64,000 nucleotides of DNA from the human T2T-CHM13v2.0 reference genome, Homo sapiens: NCBI RefSeq assembly GCF_009914755.1, contig NC_060939.1; one strand, given 5' to 3'. Positions 1 to 16,787 of this stretch are shown piece after piece. Numbering within the stretch: the stretch's first letter is position 1; each line of letters starts with the position of its first letter. A program made the translations under genes and the position numbers. The notes under the pieces are model-generated. The model was given only the letters and a program-made list of their open reading frames with translations. It searched no databases and was not told the DNA's origin.

Positions 1-212
1 TAGCTGATTTAACTAAGAATATACCTAAATGAAGTTTTGTCCCTCATGAAATGAAAGCTATAAGACAATTTTCATTTAATGGGCTTATACACACAAAAAA
101 TGAAATACTATAGATAAAACACTAAGTAGGCATTTAACAAAAACTAGTTCCCTCTCCTTCTTATAAAACCGTAAAGTATTTTAAAAGCAAAGTGCAAAAA
201 GAGAACACATAC

Positions 213-380
213 CTTAAGTAAAACCTCTACTATGCTGGCATGGCCCTCAGAAGCTGCCATATGTAATGGTGTTCGGTCCACTTTGGTTCTGGCATCTCTG
301 CTCACACCAGCTCGCAGCAGTACCTCTGTGGTGGAATAATGACCATACTGTGCTGCTAGATGAAGTGGAGAAGTTCCCAG
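213..380 (-). CDS. GABPB1: GABPB1 coding exon 3 (codons 37-92, [14 protein letters not shown]...IVEVLLK; ankyrin repeats)
   Basis: 168 nt, phase 0/0. AG acceptor at 382-381 after a minus-strand poly-T tract; GT donor at 212-211. Translation has ankyrin motifs TSPLHLAA and TPLHMAA and matches the GABP-beta1 sequence as I know it. Confidence 0.97.
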
Positions 381-675
381 CTGTACCACAGAAAAAAAAA
401 AAAATCCACATTTACATTATTGTTACTACACTTCTGTTTATATAGTAAACAGATTTTCTTTACATTATCTGTTTACATAGCAACTCAAAACTCAAAAGAA
501 ATGCCTAGATTCATGCTTATCACATCCTCTTCATAGACATCTTGAAGAATTCCCAAACACTCTCAATGAAGAAGAAAATCCAGTATTTCCTTTAATTCAA
601 ACTTTCTTTCTTCATTATTTTTTATCAGATAAACTGCCTGAACAAAATTAATTTCATTAGAAATTAAGATATAGA

Positions 676-1028
<353 letters not shown>

Positions 1029-1560
1029 TCATACCAATCACACAAAACTTGCTAAGTTAACTTCGTCTGTAAAATTCATCTCAAATAAATGTAACAGTGT
1101 ACATTTTTACTTTAAGTGGATCAAAATTGTTTTGTAGGTCTTAAAAAATTCACGTATTGAAACATCTCAGTGATCTTTTTAAAGGGATTTTTTTCAAAGG
1201 AAAAATCTTAGGTGCATTTGCCAAAGTTGAATCAGGACAAAACCAAAACAGAGCCCAATTCTCCTGAAATTGGTTCCATGTGGTCTAGTCATTAAATTGA
1301 CATCCACAATACACAGAGGGAGTACTAAAATGTGAGGGAAGGAAGATTAAGTTCTATCACATGCATTTAAAGGCACAGAAAATCCCTATAACCCTCTGAT
1401 TACCACATCACTTGATATTCCAAAGAACTAAGATATTTGGACTAAGGAAATTTACACGTATAAACAGTTTATTATGTTATGAAGAGATTAAGTGAGATAT
1501 ATGTATAAAGGTCCTTAGTCCTATCTCTCTATCTATCTATAGATAGAGAGATAGATATAT

Positions 1561-1755
1561 TTTTTGTTTGTTTGTTTAATTGTTGTTTGTTTAATTAGAG
1601 ACAGGGCCTCACTGTGTTGCCCAGGCTGGGGTGCAATGGATATTCATAGGTACAATTATCACACACTACAGCTTTGAACTGCTGGGCTCAAGCAATCTGT
1701 CCACCTCAGCCTCCAGAGTAGCTGGGACTACAGGCACACACCAACAAACCCAGCT
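1561..1755 (-). mobile_element. Fossil Alu monomer (FAM-like)
   Basis: Monomer retaining the extra 7SL-derived segment (GATATTCATAGGTACAATT...CACTACAGC). Confidence 0.7.
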
Positions 1756-1912
1756 AAACCTTACATTTTTAAGAGAAGGTCATCCCAGCAGATCAAAGAA
1801 GATCCTTAAACAATCCTTTCTTTCTCCATGCTTTGTCAATTTTTCTTTAACTAGCCTTTTCTATACTCTTAAATTTCAGTATTTAATGAAAATATCTCAA
1901 CAGCCCATTTAG

Positions 1913-2506
<594 letters not shown>

Positions 2507-2586
2507 CAATATATGCAGTTTAAGGCAAACACCTGTGAATCAACACCATAGTCTAGAAATAAAACACTGCCAGTAATTTAAAATCT

Positions 2587-2884
2587 GGCCAGGTGCAGTG
2601 GCTCACGCCTGTAATCCCAACACTTTGGGTGGCCAAGGCAGGTGGATTGCCTGAGGTCAGGAGTTCGAGACCAGCCTGGCCAACATGGTGAAACCTCATC
2701 TACTAAAAATAAAAAATTAGCTGGGTGTGAGGGTGGGCGCCTGTTATCCCAGCTACTTCGGTGCCTGAGGCAGGAGAATCACTTGAACCCGGGAGGCAGA
2801 GGCTTCAGTGAGCCAAGATCATGCCACTGCACTCCAGCCTGGGCAACAGAGCGAAACTCTGTCTCAAAAAAAAAAAAAAAAAAA
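2587..2884 (+). mobile_element. AluS
   Basis: Full dimer with A tail; flanks AAAATCT. Confidence 0.92.
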
Positions 2885-3690
2885 TCTTCCCACATGCCAC
2901 TCCCTAATCACAAGCCCCTCCCCCAGCCCCAGAGGTAACTAATATTTTGAATTTTGTGACAAGCATTACTTAGTTTTCTTTGTATCACTTATCCCTAAAA
3001 AATATACTTTGGTTTTGCCTGTTTTGAGTTTTATTTAAACAGAATTATACTGCATGTATTTCTCTGTGACTTGCCTTCTTTTGCTTGACACTGTATTCAT
3101 GAGATTCACCATGTTAATAACTGTAAGTATAGCTTACTAATTTTCTGTGTTCTATAATATTCCATTGAATGAGTAAACCACAATTAATTTAACCAATCTA
3201 CTGATGAACATTTAGATTGTTTCCAGTTTTTGTGTTATTATGAATAATGTTGCTGCTAAATACAGTAGTCTTGTATATGTTTCAGGCACATGAACAAGTC
3301 TTCTCTCGGGAATAGTCTTAGAAGCCCAACTGCTACATCATATACTATGCACATCTCCAAATTTACTATGTGCTGCCAAACTGTCTTCCATAACGATTAT
3401 ACCAATTCCATACTTCCACCAAAAATATTTGAGAGTTCCCACCATCTCCTCACCAAGCCTTGGTACTGCTCAACTGTTTTTGCTAATCTGGTGGATATAT
3501 AATAGTATTTCATGATTTTACTTTGCATTTGCCCCAATTTTAATGTAGTTGAGTATCTTTTCATGTTTATTGATCAAACTTTCTCCTTGGTAAAGCACCA
3601 TATCCAGTCAGTCTTCTATTGCCTTGTCTTTTTATTGCTAACCCATGGGAATTCCTTATGTATTATGGATACTAATCCTTCTTAAGATCT
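2885..3690 (-). mobile_element. Old L1M 3' fragment
   Basis: Typical antisense L1M motifs (TGATGAACATTTAGATTGTTTCCAGTTTT; GAGAGTTCC; GAGTATCTTTTCATGTTTATT). Confidence 0.7.
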
Positions 3691-3697
3691 TTCTGTC

Positions 3698-3984
<287 letters not shown>

Positions 3985-4024
3985 TCACTATGATATATCT
4001 AGATATAGATTAGTTTTTAAATTG

Positions 4025-5010
4025 ATCCTGCTGGAGATTTGTTAGGCTACTCAAATCTGTGGGCTGCCATCTTTCATCAGTTCTGGAAAATTCTCAGCAA
4101 TTACCTCTTTGAATTATTTCATCCCTATTTTTGCTCTTTTTGTGGATCTATGATCAGATGTTAGACTTTCTCACATGATCCTTCATGATTCCTAACATCT
4201 CTTTTACATTTTCTATCTATTTTTATCTGTGACATAGTCTGGATCATTTTTTTTTTCATACCTTTCAGTTTACTAATTTTCTCTTTAGCTGTTTCTAATC
4301 TGTTACTAAAATTTTATCTCAAGTCCTTATAGGTCTGCTTCTGTTGACAGTTGTTTTAGCAGATTACTGTCCAAATTGGCATGTGTTCATGTGTTTAGTT
4401 ATTTCTGACTGCTCACTTTCCTTTGAATTTCATTTGTGGATATGAAGCCTGGGATGAAGGCAGGTTCCTCCAGAGCAGATATTCATTTGCTTCTGTCAAG
4501 AGCCTGGGGTAATCCCTAGTCCAAAGATCACTTCAAATTCATTTCTCAGTTTACAGTTTTTTAGACTACACAAGTATTTATGAGTTCAGGCTGCAAGTGT
4601 GTAAAAAGGATGCCTTGTGATTCCAAATTCTCACCATCAGATTGTTTTCCTCTCTCCATTTGATGTCTTGGTTCACATCAGCTTATTATCTTTGCAGCAT
4701 CACGGCAACAGGGGCAAGGGCAGGAGCAGACAGGAGGAGGGACAGGGTATTCCTGCTTTATCCCTACACTGAAGGTGCAGCTCTTTGGGATTCCAGAATT
4801 ATGAGATAAGATCTCCTATCAGACTTCTCTCCATGAACACTCTCAGGTCTTTAGCTTTAGTACCCCAAGCCAGTGAGGTGGAAAAACCACCAGACAAGTG
4901 TGAGTTCACCTAATGTTCTTTAGGGTAAAATTTCTCTGGGTTCTTGCCTTCACTTAGTTTTTCAGGTTGATAATCTCTTTCTTTCTAATTCAGCAGTGTA
5001 CTTAAGAAGA
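4025..5010 (-). mobile_element. Ancient L1/HAL1-like fragment
   Basis: Shares motifs with 30320-31850 (CTGGAAAATTCTCAGC; CATTTGCTTCTG). Confidence 0.5.
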
Positions 5011-5837
5011 CTTTCTTTAAAATATTTCATCAAAAAGTCTTTATTCTTTAAAGATTTATTTATTCTTTAAAGAAACATTTATGGATAAAATGATATGGTC
5101 CCTGGAATTTGCTTTAAAATAATACAGAACAAAAAATAATACAGTAGACAGAGTTATAGAGGAAACAATATTCATCATGATTTGATAATTTTTGAAGTTG
5201 GGTAAAGGGTATTACAGGGATATCGTTGATATATATTTGAAATTTTCTATAATAAAAAATTTTGTTTTTTCATGAAAAATGTAAAAAGAGAAAGAAAGGC
5301 AAAAACGGCAAAATCAAAAATCTGGAATTTTTAGTTGTTACCAATGGGCAGGTTAATTCAGATTCCTAGCATTCCATATCCACAAGACAATACTTTTTTA
5401 TTTGCCCCCAGAATTAAAGAGTTATTTTTTTTTGCCTTCCCCACAACTACCTTCTTTCCATAGTTGTCAAGATCTCATTCCCATTCCTTTCTTCCTCTTT
5501 CGTCATGTCTGCAACAGTTTTACAAGTAATAATTGAAACATAAACTTGTTTTTCTTTTAGGAGTGACTATTAACACTAACTCCAATCTTTATCAGTATCT
5601 TTCTGAATTATAAATTCTACCTGTGCTATTTATAAGGCCTTTAAATTAAATCCCAAGCAGATACATTTTTATATTCATGCCACATTAATGCACTCCACAG
5701 TTTGAAAGAAAAACTCTTTGTGGATGAAATATTTGGATAAGGTTGTCCAATATCAAAGAAAATAATATAAACCACTTCTTTTAGGACAGTTATAATTCTA
5801 AAATAATAAACACATTTGCAAAAATAATAACTTTTTA

Positions 5838-6038
<201 letters not shown>

Positions 6039-6306
6039 CTAAACAAAACATAGATGAACTGAACATCAAAATCTCCATTTATACACTATGACATGACATT
6101 TTCCCTTCCCGTCTTTATTAATAAGTCAGTTCTCAATTATCCCTTCAAAAGAGTGTGCTATGGTTAATTTAAAATTACAGATCATACAAAAGCAATTTAT
6201 ATTTGGATTTTAGAATCCATTTTCCTTTCTCATTAAGTTTTTACTTAGAATAAAAGTAGTTTAAATTCTCCAAATACATCTGGTAAAAGATAGAAGAGGT
6301 AAGTAG

Positions 6307-6648
<342 letters not shown>

Positions 6649-6936
6649 TAAAACTGGCAACTAATTGTTTTTACTGGAGGGTTTGAAGCAATAAAATTTT
6701 TCATAAAAGTAAATAAAGTGCAAGATATTGTCATCTGTTGTTGGTGCAAATTAAACTAAACTTAGCATAAATTTTTTTGCAATAGTAAATGTGTTCAAAA
6801 TTTTAAAAAACAAATTTTCTGCCCTCCTACATGCAATGTATATTTAAGTTCTTGCAGAAAGTAAACAATTCACATTCTACGAAAATACTAAAAACAGTAA
6901 TAGTATTACGAATAGACTGTCTCATTAGAGGCTAGA

Positions 6937-7231
6937 GGCCAGGTGCGATGGCACATCCCTGTAATCCCAGCAGTCTGGGAGGCTGAGGCAGGTGGATCCT
7001 TGAGGCCAGGAGTTCGAGACCAGCCTGGACAACATGGTGAAACCCTATCTCTACTAAAAATAAAAAATTGGCTGGGCATGGGGGCTCACACCTAGGGTCC
7101 CAGCTACTCAGGAGGCTGAGGCACAAGAATCACTTGAACCCAGGAGGCGGAGGTTGCAGTGAGCCGAGATCATGCCACTGCACTCTAGCCTGGGCAACAA
7201 AGTAAACTCTGTCTCAAAAAAAAAAAAAAAA
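6937..7231 (+). mobile_element. AluS
   Basis: Full dimer with A tail. Confidence 0.92.
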
Positions 7232-7726
7232 CCAGGAAAGAATATCTTGTGCCTTGAATTTAATATATCTGAAAAGGCTAATGTCCCAGCCTGGGATGTG
7301 AGGTGTGCATGGGTGTGTATGTATTTGTGTCTTCTTGAATAAGAAATATTGAAATATATGTCAGAAAAAAGATTATGACAATAGAATATAGGTAAATTAA
7401 GATTTGAATGTATCACAAACATTCAAATTCAAGGGATGACAGTTCTGAGAAGAAAGTTTCCAAACCCAGAAAGACTATCCAGCTGGAAGATTACTCAATT
7501 ATGTCATACAGTATCCTAAGTAAGGAAAAGCAGAATTTTAGGCCCATGGGGAAGGGAATATATGGAATCCCTGAGATTTACAATGAAAAAATGTGCCTGG
7601 GGTATAAATTTATCTCAAAAAAAGTATATACTCTGAGGGTTAGGTAAGTAGTCAAGAGAAAATAAATTATAAAGAGAGTAATGGCAGGTTGATTAGTGTA
7701 TCTCTACCTGGTATGAACAACTATTA

Positions 7727-7934
7727 CAGGTTGAGTATCCCTAATCCAAAAATCTGAAATCTGAAACTTTTTAAGCATCAAAGGAAATACTCATTAGAGC
7801 ATTTCAGATTTTGCATTTTTGCATTAGGGATGCTGAACCAGTAAGTATTAATGCAAATATTCCAAAATCTGAAAAAACCCAAAATCGGAAACACTTATGG
7901 ACCTAAGTATTTCAGATAAGGGATACTCAACTTG
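7727..7934. mobile_element. Tigger4/MER46-type non-autonomous DNA transposon
   Basis: Terminal inverted repeats CAGGTTGAGTATCCCT...AGGGATACTCAACTTG; TA at the left flank. Confidence 0.8.
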
Positions 7935-8302
7935 CACTCAATAAGGAAGAGAAAGGAGCGTATGTGTGAGAAGGAAGTTGGCAAATGGGGCTTGAAAAAG
8001 TTATTTCTGCCAGAAAGAAACAAAATGTTCTACATCATTAAAAGGGATAAGAAATCTAAAAGGGGTAATTATAAGAAAAGCTGTCCATGAAAATAAACAG
8101 AATTATGCCTATAATTTTTAGTAGATTAGCTACGATGGGAATAACCAAGCACAGAAGAGGTAACCAGGGACAGATACTAATACTTGGAGGCTTGCACAAT
8201 AATTAGGTGAGATATACATATCCCAAACAGGCCTTCGTCACAAGGCAAGAAAGAATTTCTTAGAATTGTTTCATTTGTAAGGATAAAAATAATCTATATT
8301 AT

Positions 8303-8475
8303 GGCCAGGCGCAGCAGCTTACACCTGTAATCCCACCACTCTGGGAGGCCGAGGTGGGTGAATCACTTGAGGTCAGGTGTTCGAGACCAGCCCGGCCAAC
8401 AGGGTGAAACCCTGTCTCTACTAAAAATTCAATCCAGCCTGGGCAAGAGTGAGACTCCATCTCAAAAAAAAAAAA
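8303..8475 (+). mobile_element. Internally deleted AluS
   Basis: Left arm fused to the last ~30 nt of the right arm; TSD AAAAATAATCTATATTAT. Confidence 0.9.
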
Positions 8476-10364
8476 TAATCTATATTATATCCTGTAGTAA
8501 AGAATAGGAAAAACAACCACATGTACTTGTGGGATTTATATGGGTTTTTTAAATACACTTCTCTGTGACACTCGCAACATTTTCATCCTTGAATTTCTGA
8601 TCTCCTTTCCTTTTTTTCTCCTATTCTCTCATACCTTGATGGAGTCACTGAAAGCCAAGATACTCCTCAATCCTGCTTAAAGACGCTAAGATCTATAGAG
8701 ATTACTGATCTCCAATGAGGCATTTTTTCCTAGATAATATGTAACTGCTGGACAGTAAAAATTAACATCATATTCAACAGGCAAGAAACCTGCAAAAATA
8801 ATTTCCTATTAAAGGCAGGATAAAGCAAAAAGAAACCGACCTCTCTCCTACAGAAGTACGGTAAAATCTAAACTGGTCACACTAACAAATACAGCATTTA
8901 TACTCTGAATGATATAAATTTGGCTTTACGATGAAATTTATCTTTCCAAAAATCTACATTTTTAAATAGGTTTTACACAGGTAATATAAAATCAGTTTGC
9001 ATTCATTCAGCATACATACTGCCAAATGGTTTAGATATCTGAGTATCTTTTGTGAAGTGAGAGTTTAGGGCTTTTCCCCATCTTTTGAAACTGGGTTGTC
9101 TGTCTTTTTTTTATTGATTTGTAAGCGTTCTGACATATGTTCTGGATATGAGTCCTTTGTCAAATATAACAAGTATTATAAATATCTCTGTCCAGAACCC
9201 TGAATTTTGACTGTCTTATGTTCTTTCTTTGATAACACATAGTATTTTCTATGGGTAGATAACTGTTGAGTCTCATAAAAATGTGCAACTTCTACATATT
9301 AAAATAATCAAAATAAGAAATGGCAAAGAAATATATTTACCACAAAAATGACTAGAAGAAACATTCATGTTTTACTTATTTAAAAGGTCTGACTCAAAAT
9401 GAAAAGGTGGGGGAAAAGTAAACAGCAAGGACCCAACACATCAATAGTTAAAAGACAGGACCATATGTTTTACAGAAAAGAAAATAGAAATAATTCACAA
9501 GGGCAAAAAATGCTCAGTGTCACTGTTAATCAGGTTAACATAAAGTAAATAATTTTAAAGTAATTCCTGATGCAGCCAAGAATTAAGTGAAACTGATGCT
9601 TTGATATATTGACAACTCAGATATGCTAATAGTAATATAAGTGGATCAGCTTTATTTTTTAGTCAACTGGGCAAATTTAACAAGTTACAAAAATATCCAA
9701 GTCCATTGACCCAATAAGTGATCCCACTTCTAAGAATCTATTCTAAAGGAAAAATATATTGAAACAGATTTATCAGTAAAGATTATATATGCATACACAT
9801 ATATATTATATATAACTCTTCTAATGTGACCAATCTAAAGGTAAGAAAATGATTGAATTGTAGAATCTAAAGGAAAAAAATGCAGTAATTTAACCTAATA
9901 GTTTTGAAGCTATATAAACAACAAAAAATTTATGCCACATTATGAAAAGATATAAATCTTTTTAACGTCAAAATATGCATATAAAGTATAAAATACTGAA
10001 AAATATTAACAATTGTTTAGGATGGTATGATTATGGGAAATTTTGTCATTTTACAAAGTTTCTAATGTTACTATATTACCTAATTTAAAAAATTTTTTTT
10101 CAAAGGGACAAATTACATTGTATGACTGTCAACTAAGCAAATGATAACATTAAGGAAAGTTTTATGTTCCTGACTTACTAGAGAGGATGAGCGGAAAAAA
10201 CAAAGAAAATGTATAATGTTGGGAACTTAAAATATCAATCATAGATCTGCTTACATGAATTATAATAAAATCATGAAGCATCTGAACAAATCGACTTTTA
10301 CCATAATTATTCAATTGTCTTAATTATTCAAAACATATCACAGTTTAGGACCTAATATACTTAA

Positions 10365-10724
<360 letters not shown>

Positions 10725-10761
10725 CCATATGGTAGATTAATGTAGATGGATTCTTGGAAAT

Positions 10762-11760
10762 CAGTGGTTCTCATTGGTAGCAGCACTGCCCCCTTGAGGG
10801 CCCTTTGTATGTTTATAGAGGCATTTTGGAGACTGAAGGTGAGGATGCTCTGCTAGCATTTAATGGGCAAGTGCCATGGATACTAGAGGTCCAGCAAAGG
10901 AGGAAATAATCCTGTAGGACAAAGAATTGTCACATGTTCTAGATAATTTTCAAAGATTCCATTGAAAATATATCTACGGCTGGAATATAACATGTAAACA
11001 AAACGTATTTTTCCACAGTGTTAATGTATTCCAAATATTCTAGAATGCAGCCATACTATAAATCTATTTTGTTTTGTTCAGAAATTTACTAAGAGTTGTT
11101 TACCATTTTGGAAATCATGTCAATGCCACTTTGGCATCTGCATCACCAATATCACGTATCAATCAGCTTGTCCAGCTATCACATTCACAGTGATTTTATG
11201 TGCTGGTATAAGTATTTTACTACCTCACTGTGACATCTAATGTAGTGTGCTCAAGTATTTACATATTTTAATACACATTTTATTATAAATTGCTTATTTT
11301 CAAATTATCCTTTATATTATAATCAAAACATGATTTTTTTGAAATTATGCAGATCAGTAACATTAACTATGATTTTCTTTCTTTTCTTTTGAGATAGAGT
11401 CTCTCTCTGTAGCCCAGGCTGGAGTACAGCGGTGAGATCATAGTTCACCACAGCCTCGACCTCCCAGGCTCAACCGATCCTCCCGCCTCAGTCTCCCGAG
11501 TAGCTGCAACTACAAGAGTACACCACTAAACCCGGCTGATTTTTGTATTTTTTGTAGAAATGGGTTTTTGCCATGTTGCCCAGGCTGGTCTTGAACTCCT
11601 GTGCTCAAGCAATCTGCCTACTGCAGCCTCCCAAAGTGCTGGGACTATAGGCATGAGCCACTGCACCCAGCAACTATGATTTTCATTTAAAGTTAGCGGA
11701 AGGGGCAATACAAAATATTTATCATAAAAAGGTGGCAATGGGGCTAATAAGATTGAAATC
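10762..11760. mobile_element. hAT/MER20-like fossil interrupted by an AluJ (~11372-11671, minus)
   Basis: Begins CAGTGGTTCTCA; Alu TSD AACTATGATTTT. Confidence 0.5.
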
Positions 11761-12033
11761 AATGGAAGAAAATACACATGAGATCAAGCAAGACAAAAAT
11801 CAAAGGTCCTCTGATTTTCTTGTCAAGATAATTAGTAAAGTTTTAAATAATGAAAACAAAATCGTAGCATTTTCACTTCTGATTCTCACCTGACAGGGAC
11901 CACACACACTCATCGTAGTTTTTGACCCTTAGAAGAACTCAGTTGTAATAAGACAACTACATTGACCAAGGGGAGCATAGCTCCAGGTCAAGTCACTAAT
12001 TTACTCAGTTCAATATCTATATATTAAAATTCT

Positions 12034-12316
12034 GGACGGGTGCAGTGACTCAAGCCTGTAATCCTAGCACTTTGGGAGGCCGAGAAGGGAAGATCACTTG
12101 AGGCCAGGAGTTTGAGACCAGCCTAGCCAACATGGTGAAACCCCGCCCATCTCTGCTAAAAAATACAAAAATTAGCTGGGTGTGGTCCCAGCTACTCAGG
12201 TGGCTGAAGCAGGAGAATCCCTGAACCCAGGAGGCAGAGGCTGTAGTGAGCCAAGATTGCTCCACTGCACTCCAGCCTGGGCAACAGAGCAAGACTGTCT
12301 CAAAAACAAACAAAAA
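12034..12316 (+). mobile_element. Alu (S/J)
   Basis: Dimer with a small deletion in the right arm. Confidence 0.9.
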
Positions 12317-12483
12317 TCCTCACACATAAAGTGCTAGATTTTTAAAAAATCATTTAGTTTAACAACAAAAATATATTGCTTTTCTGCTGTGGCAAATAAG
12401 TTCTTTACTCCAATTAAAATGTATGTTAATAATAAATCTATTATACAAACTAGCTACTTTTGCTCAAAGTACATGCCAAGATG

Positions 12484-12495
12484 GCCATCTAGTGG
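12484..12495 (-). promoter_or_regulatory. CTCF core motif (CCACTAGATGGC)
   Basis: Exact match to CCASYAGRKGGC on the minus strand. Confidence 0.55.
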
Positions 12496-13308
12496 TAACA
12501 GGAATTACTACCAATAATTACATGTTAAAGCTTAGTCTATTTTGTTTTGAATTTCCGTAATTTACAGCTTATAGAGTTGTTGTGAGGATTATGGCATGTA
12601 CTAGACAGGAAAACTCTATAAAAGCATAAAGTACTAGTTCCACGTGAATGGTTACTAGCACTCTTAAATAAGAATATGAATTTTTAAAATGTTTACACCT
12701 ATTATATTTAATAAGCCTTTACTCACATTAAAAATTTAAAATAAACTTGCTATATAATTCTTATGCTCAATGAGTACAATTATAAATCCAATATAAATCT
12801 CCTAAAGATTTTCTCCACTCCAATTTTGTATTACACACACATCCCTACACACACCCAAAGTCTTTAAAATGTTCATACTCTTTGACCTAGTAATTCTACT
12901 GAAATAAACCCATCATAAGGAAACTATTCAAAAATCTAAATATATCAATACTAATGTTATTTAAAATAAGGAAAAAAACAACCACAAACAATGATTAAAG
13001 AAATTAAGATATGTCATAATGGAATACTGTAGTGATTTATTTCTTTTACATTATGAACAATTTGTAGTATATATAAACTAGACAGTCATATAATAAACTC
13101 CCACATAGCCATTTAGTTTAATATTATCAATTAATGGCTGACTCATTTCCCAACTCCACCCATTGTTTTCAATCAAGTGTTAGACATTATATAATATTAT
13201 CTCTAATATTTCAGTACAGATCTCTAAAAGATAAAAATATTTTTAAAATAATACTATATATATTCATTTGAAAATATTTACAAACAGTATGTAACAGTTT
13301 AAGAATCA

Positions 13309-13676
<368 letters not shown>

Positions 13677-13871
13677 CCACTTGGAAACAATACACCATTG
13701 TAATGAAAACTATGAATTTTCCCTTTTTTCTACTTTTTTCTAAGTTTTAATTTTTTTATAGCAAGCATATATTACTAATATAATATTAAAACTTTTATTT
13801 AAAAGCTTTTTTTCAAAATTAGGTTACAGATAAGCTTAATAAAGCCTTTAATGCACCACATTAGATATTGA

Positions 13872-14187
<316 letters not shown>

Positions 14188-15519
14188 TCATAGTAAAAGT
14201 ATGTAAAATATGACTCCAAGTAAAATTTAGCATACTATAATCATGTGTACGTGTATGAAAATATTCCAAATTTAGTTGCCTACAGTCTCATAAGAAAACA
14301 ATTTCAATAATAATAAAAACAGTCCCTAGCATCTTGCTCTTTATCTACATTGTCTCATTTTATCTAAAGGGCCTTAACAAGATCATTATTGTCTCCACTT
14401 TGCAGAGGAAGCAAGTAAAAAGTAAAAAGATTTACCAAAGAACACTAGTTTTGATCTTAAAATCAGACCCTTATTCTCAATTCTTCCTGTGTTCTAAGTT
14501 GAAGAACACTAGGAATCTGCTGGGATATAAAGGGCATGTCCTCCAAGGATTTAAGTTTAGTGTCTCCCAGTGTAATTCCTTTGAAACGAAAAATCATCAC
14601 ATGAACTCTGGTATATTTGGATTTTTTCCTCCATGCCCATTTTACCTAATGGAGTTTTTTTCCCCTTTATTTTTAAAATAAATGATATTTTCAAATATTA
14701 TATCCATATATGTATCTCCCATATACCCCTTTTTCAGAAAACCACTAGATGACGTGTTCCACCAAAACCAAAAGTAAACTAGAAAGAATAATCAAGGGCT
14801 TCAGGAAATAAAGATCCAACATAGAATAGGAGAGAGTACCCAAAATGATGGTGAAGGGAGACCCCAAGACAACAGCTGTGACACAGACCTAGAAGGCAAA
14901 CCCAGATGGGAGCCAGAGAACAGAGTTCCAGGAAGGAGGTCTCCAAGGAAAAGACAGGCTGGTAAGTCTCCTAAGAAGAGAATGAATGTCAGTGGAGAGT
15001 TTGGGATGCGTTAATGACGGATACAAGAAAACTAAGAAAAGAAAAAACTAGACTATTTTTCAGAAGGGAGAAAAAAACTATACCATAAAGGTATACATGT
15101 CTCTTGTACAGTTTTTCCTTTACACACACACACACACAGATATGCACACGCATTTCCTTTGTGGTATAGGCGTGGATTAGCTAAGAATAATAGTTCCTGG
15201 GGTGTAATGTAAAGCAAAATTTTCAGTGTAATCCTATTGAAAAGATAAATGGTGAGGGAAAATATGCATAGGAATAGCTTAAAACAGCTGAAGCCTCATC
15301 TTCCTAAGTAGAAAGTCAAAAGGTATCTAATGTGGAAAAAAATCAAGAAATAGCACACATTTGTTATTTAGAAATATGAAGAGCTAATCATAAAATGGAG
15401 ACCTCTGGGAAAGAGAGTTCTGGGGTGGGAAGAAATAACACAACTGAGTGTAGGATTTTCATAAGAAGGCTTATTTTTTTACTTTTTCAACTATGTGCAC
15501 ATATAATTTTTTCTTCCTT

Positions 15520-15765
15520 AAAAAAAGTTTTTATTTTTATAGATTCAGCAGGTACAGGTGCAGTTTGTTACACGTATATATTGCATCGTGGTGAAGTCTG
15601 GGCTTTCAATGTGTCCATCACCTGAATAGTGAACACTGTACCCAACAGGGAATTTTTCAACCCTTGCCCCTCTGCCACCCTCCCCGCTTTTGGACTCCCT
15701 AGTGTCTATTATCCCCCTCCGTATGTCCATGTATAACCACTGTTTAGCTCCCACGTATAAGACAG
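15520..15765 (-). mobile_element. L1PB-like 3' end
   Basis: GTGGTGAAGTCTGGGCTTT...TGTTTAGCTCCCAC motifs of primate L1PB 3' UTR. Confidence 0.75.
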
Positions 15766-15798
15766 AACTGTGCATGTATACTTTCATAAAAATTACAG

Positions 15799-16105
15799 GG
15801 CTGGGCACAGTGGCTCATGCCTATAATCCCAGCACTTTGGGAGGCTGAGGCGGGCAAATCACGAGGTCAGGAGTTCGAGACCAGCCTGGCCAACATGATG
15901 AAACCCCGTCTCTACTAAAAATACAAAAAATTATCTAGGCATAGTGGCAGGCGCCTGTAATCCCAGCTACTCGGGAAGCTGAGGCAGGAGAATCGTTTTG
16001 AACCCAGGAGGCAGAGGTTGCAGTGAGCCGAGATCACACCACTGCACTCCAGCCCAGGCGACAGAGTGAGACTCCGTCTCAAAAATAAATAAATAAATAA
16101 ATAAA
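15799..16105 (+). mobile_element. AluS with (TAAA)n tail
   Basis: Full dimer. Confidence 0.92.
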
Positions 16106-16407
16106 ATCACAATAAACAAACACATGTTTACTGTACATAAGAATTATACAGTTTAAAGTCATCTCAACACATCCTTGTGTTCTCAGAAGTAACCACTATC
16201 TAAATGTTTAGTGTGCATCCTTCCAGATCTTTTCTATGCATATTAGAAACACATACACACAATGCTTACTTCTTTTTAAACAAAAACACACAAAGGGGTC
16301 AGGCGGGTGGGCAAAAATAAAAAATTAAAATTAAAAAACACACAAAAAGGGGATCATACTAAATTGTTTGGCAACTTGCCTTTTTCCCCATTCACAAGCA
16401 ATCCTCT

Positions 16408-16729
<322 letters not shown>

Positions 16730-16787
16730 TGAAATCTTCCTGTGTCTGTACACACAGTCTTTTTAGTGGCTGCACAGTACTATGGAG

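Noticed and set aside
144-389. 81-aa ORF as a stand-alone gene
   Set aside because: It is exon 3 read through its splice sites; only 213-380 is coding.
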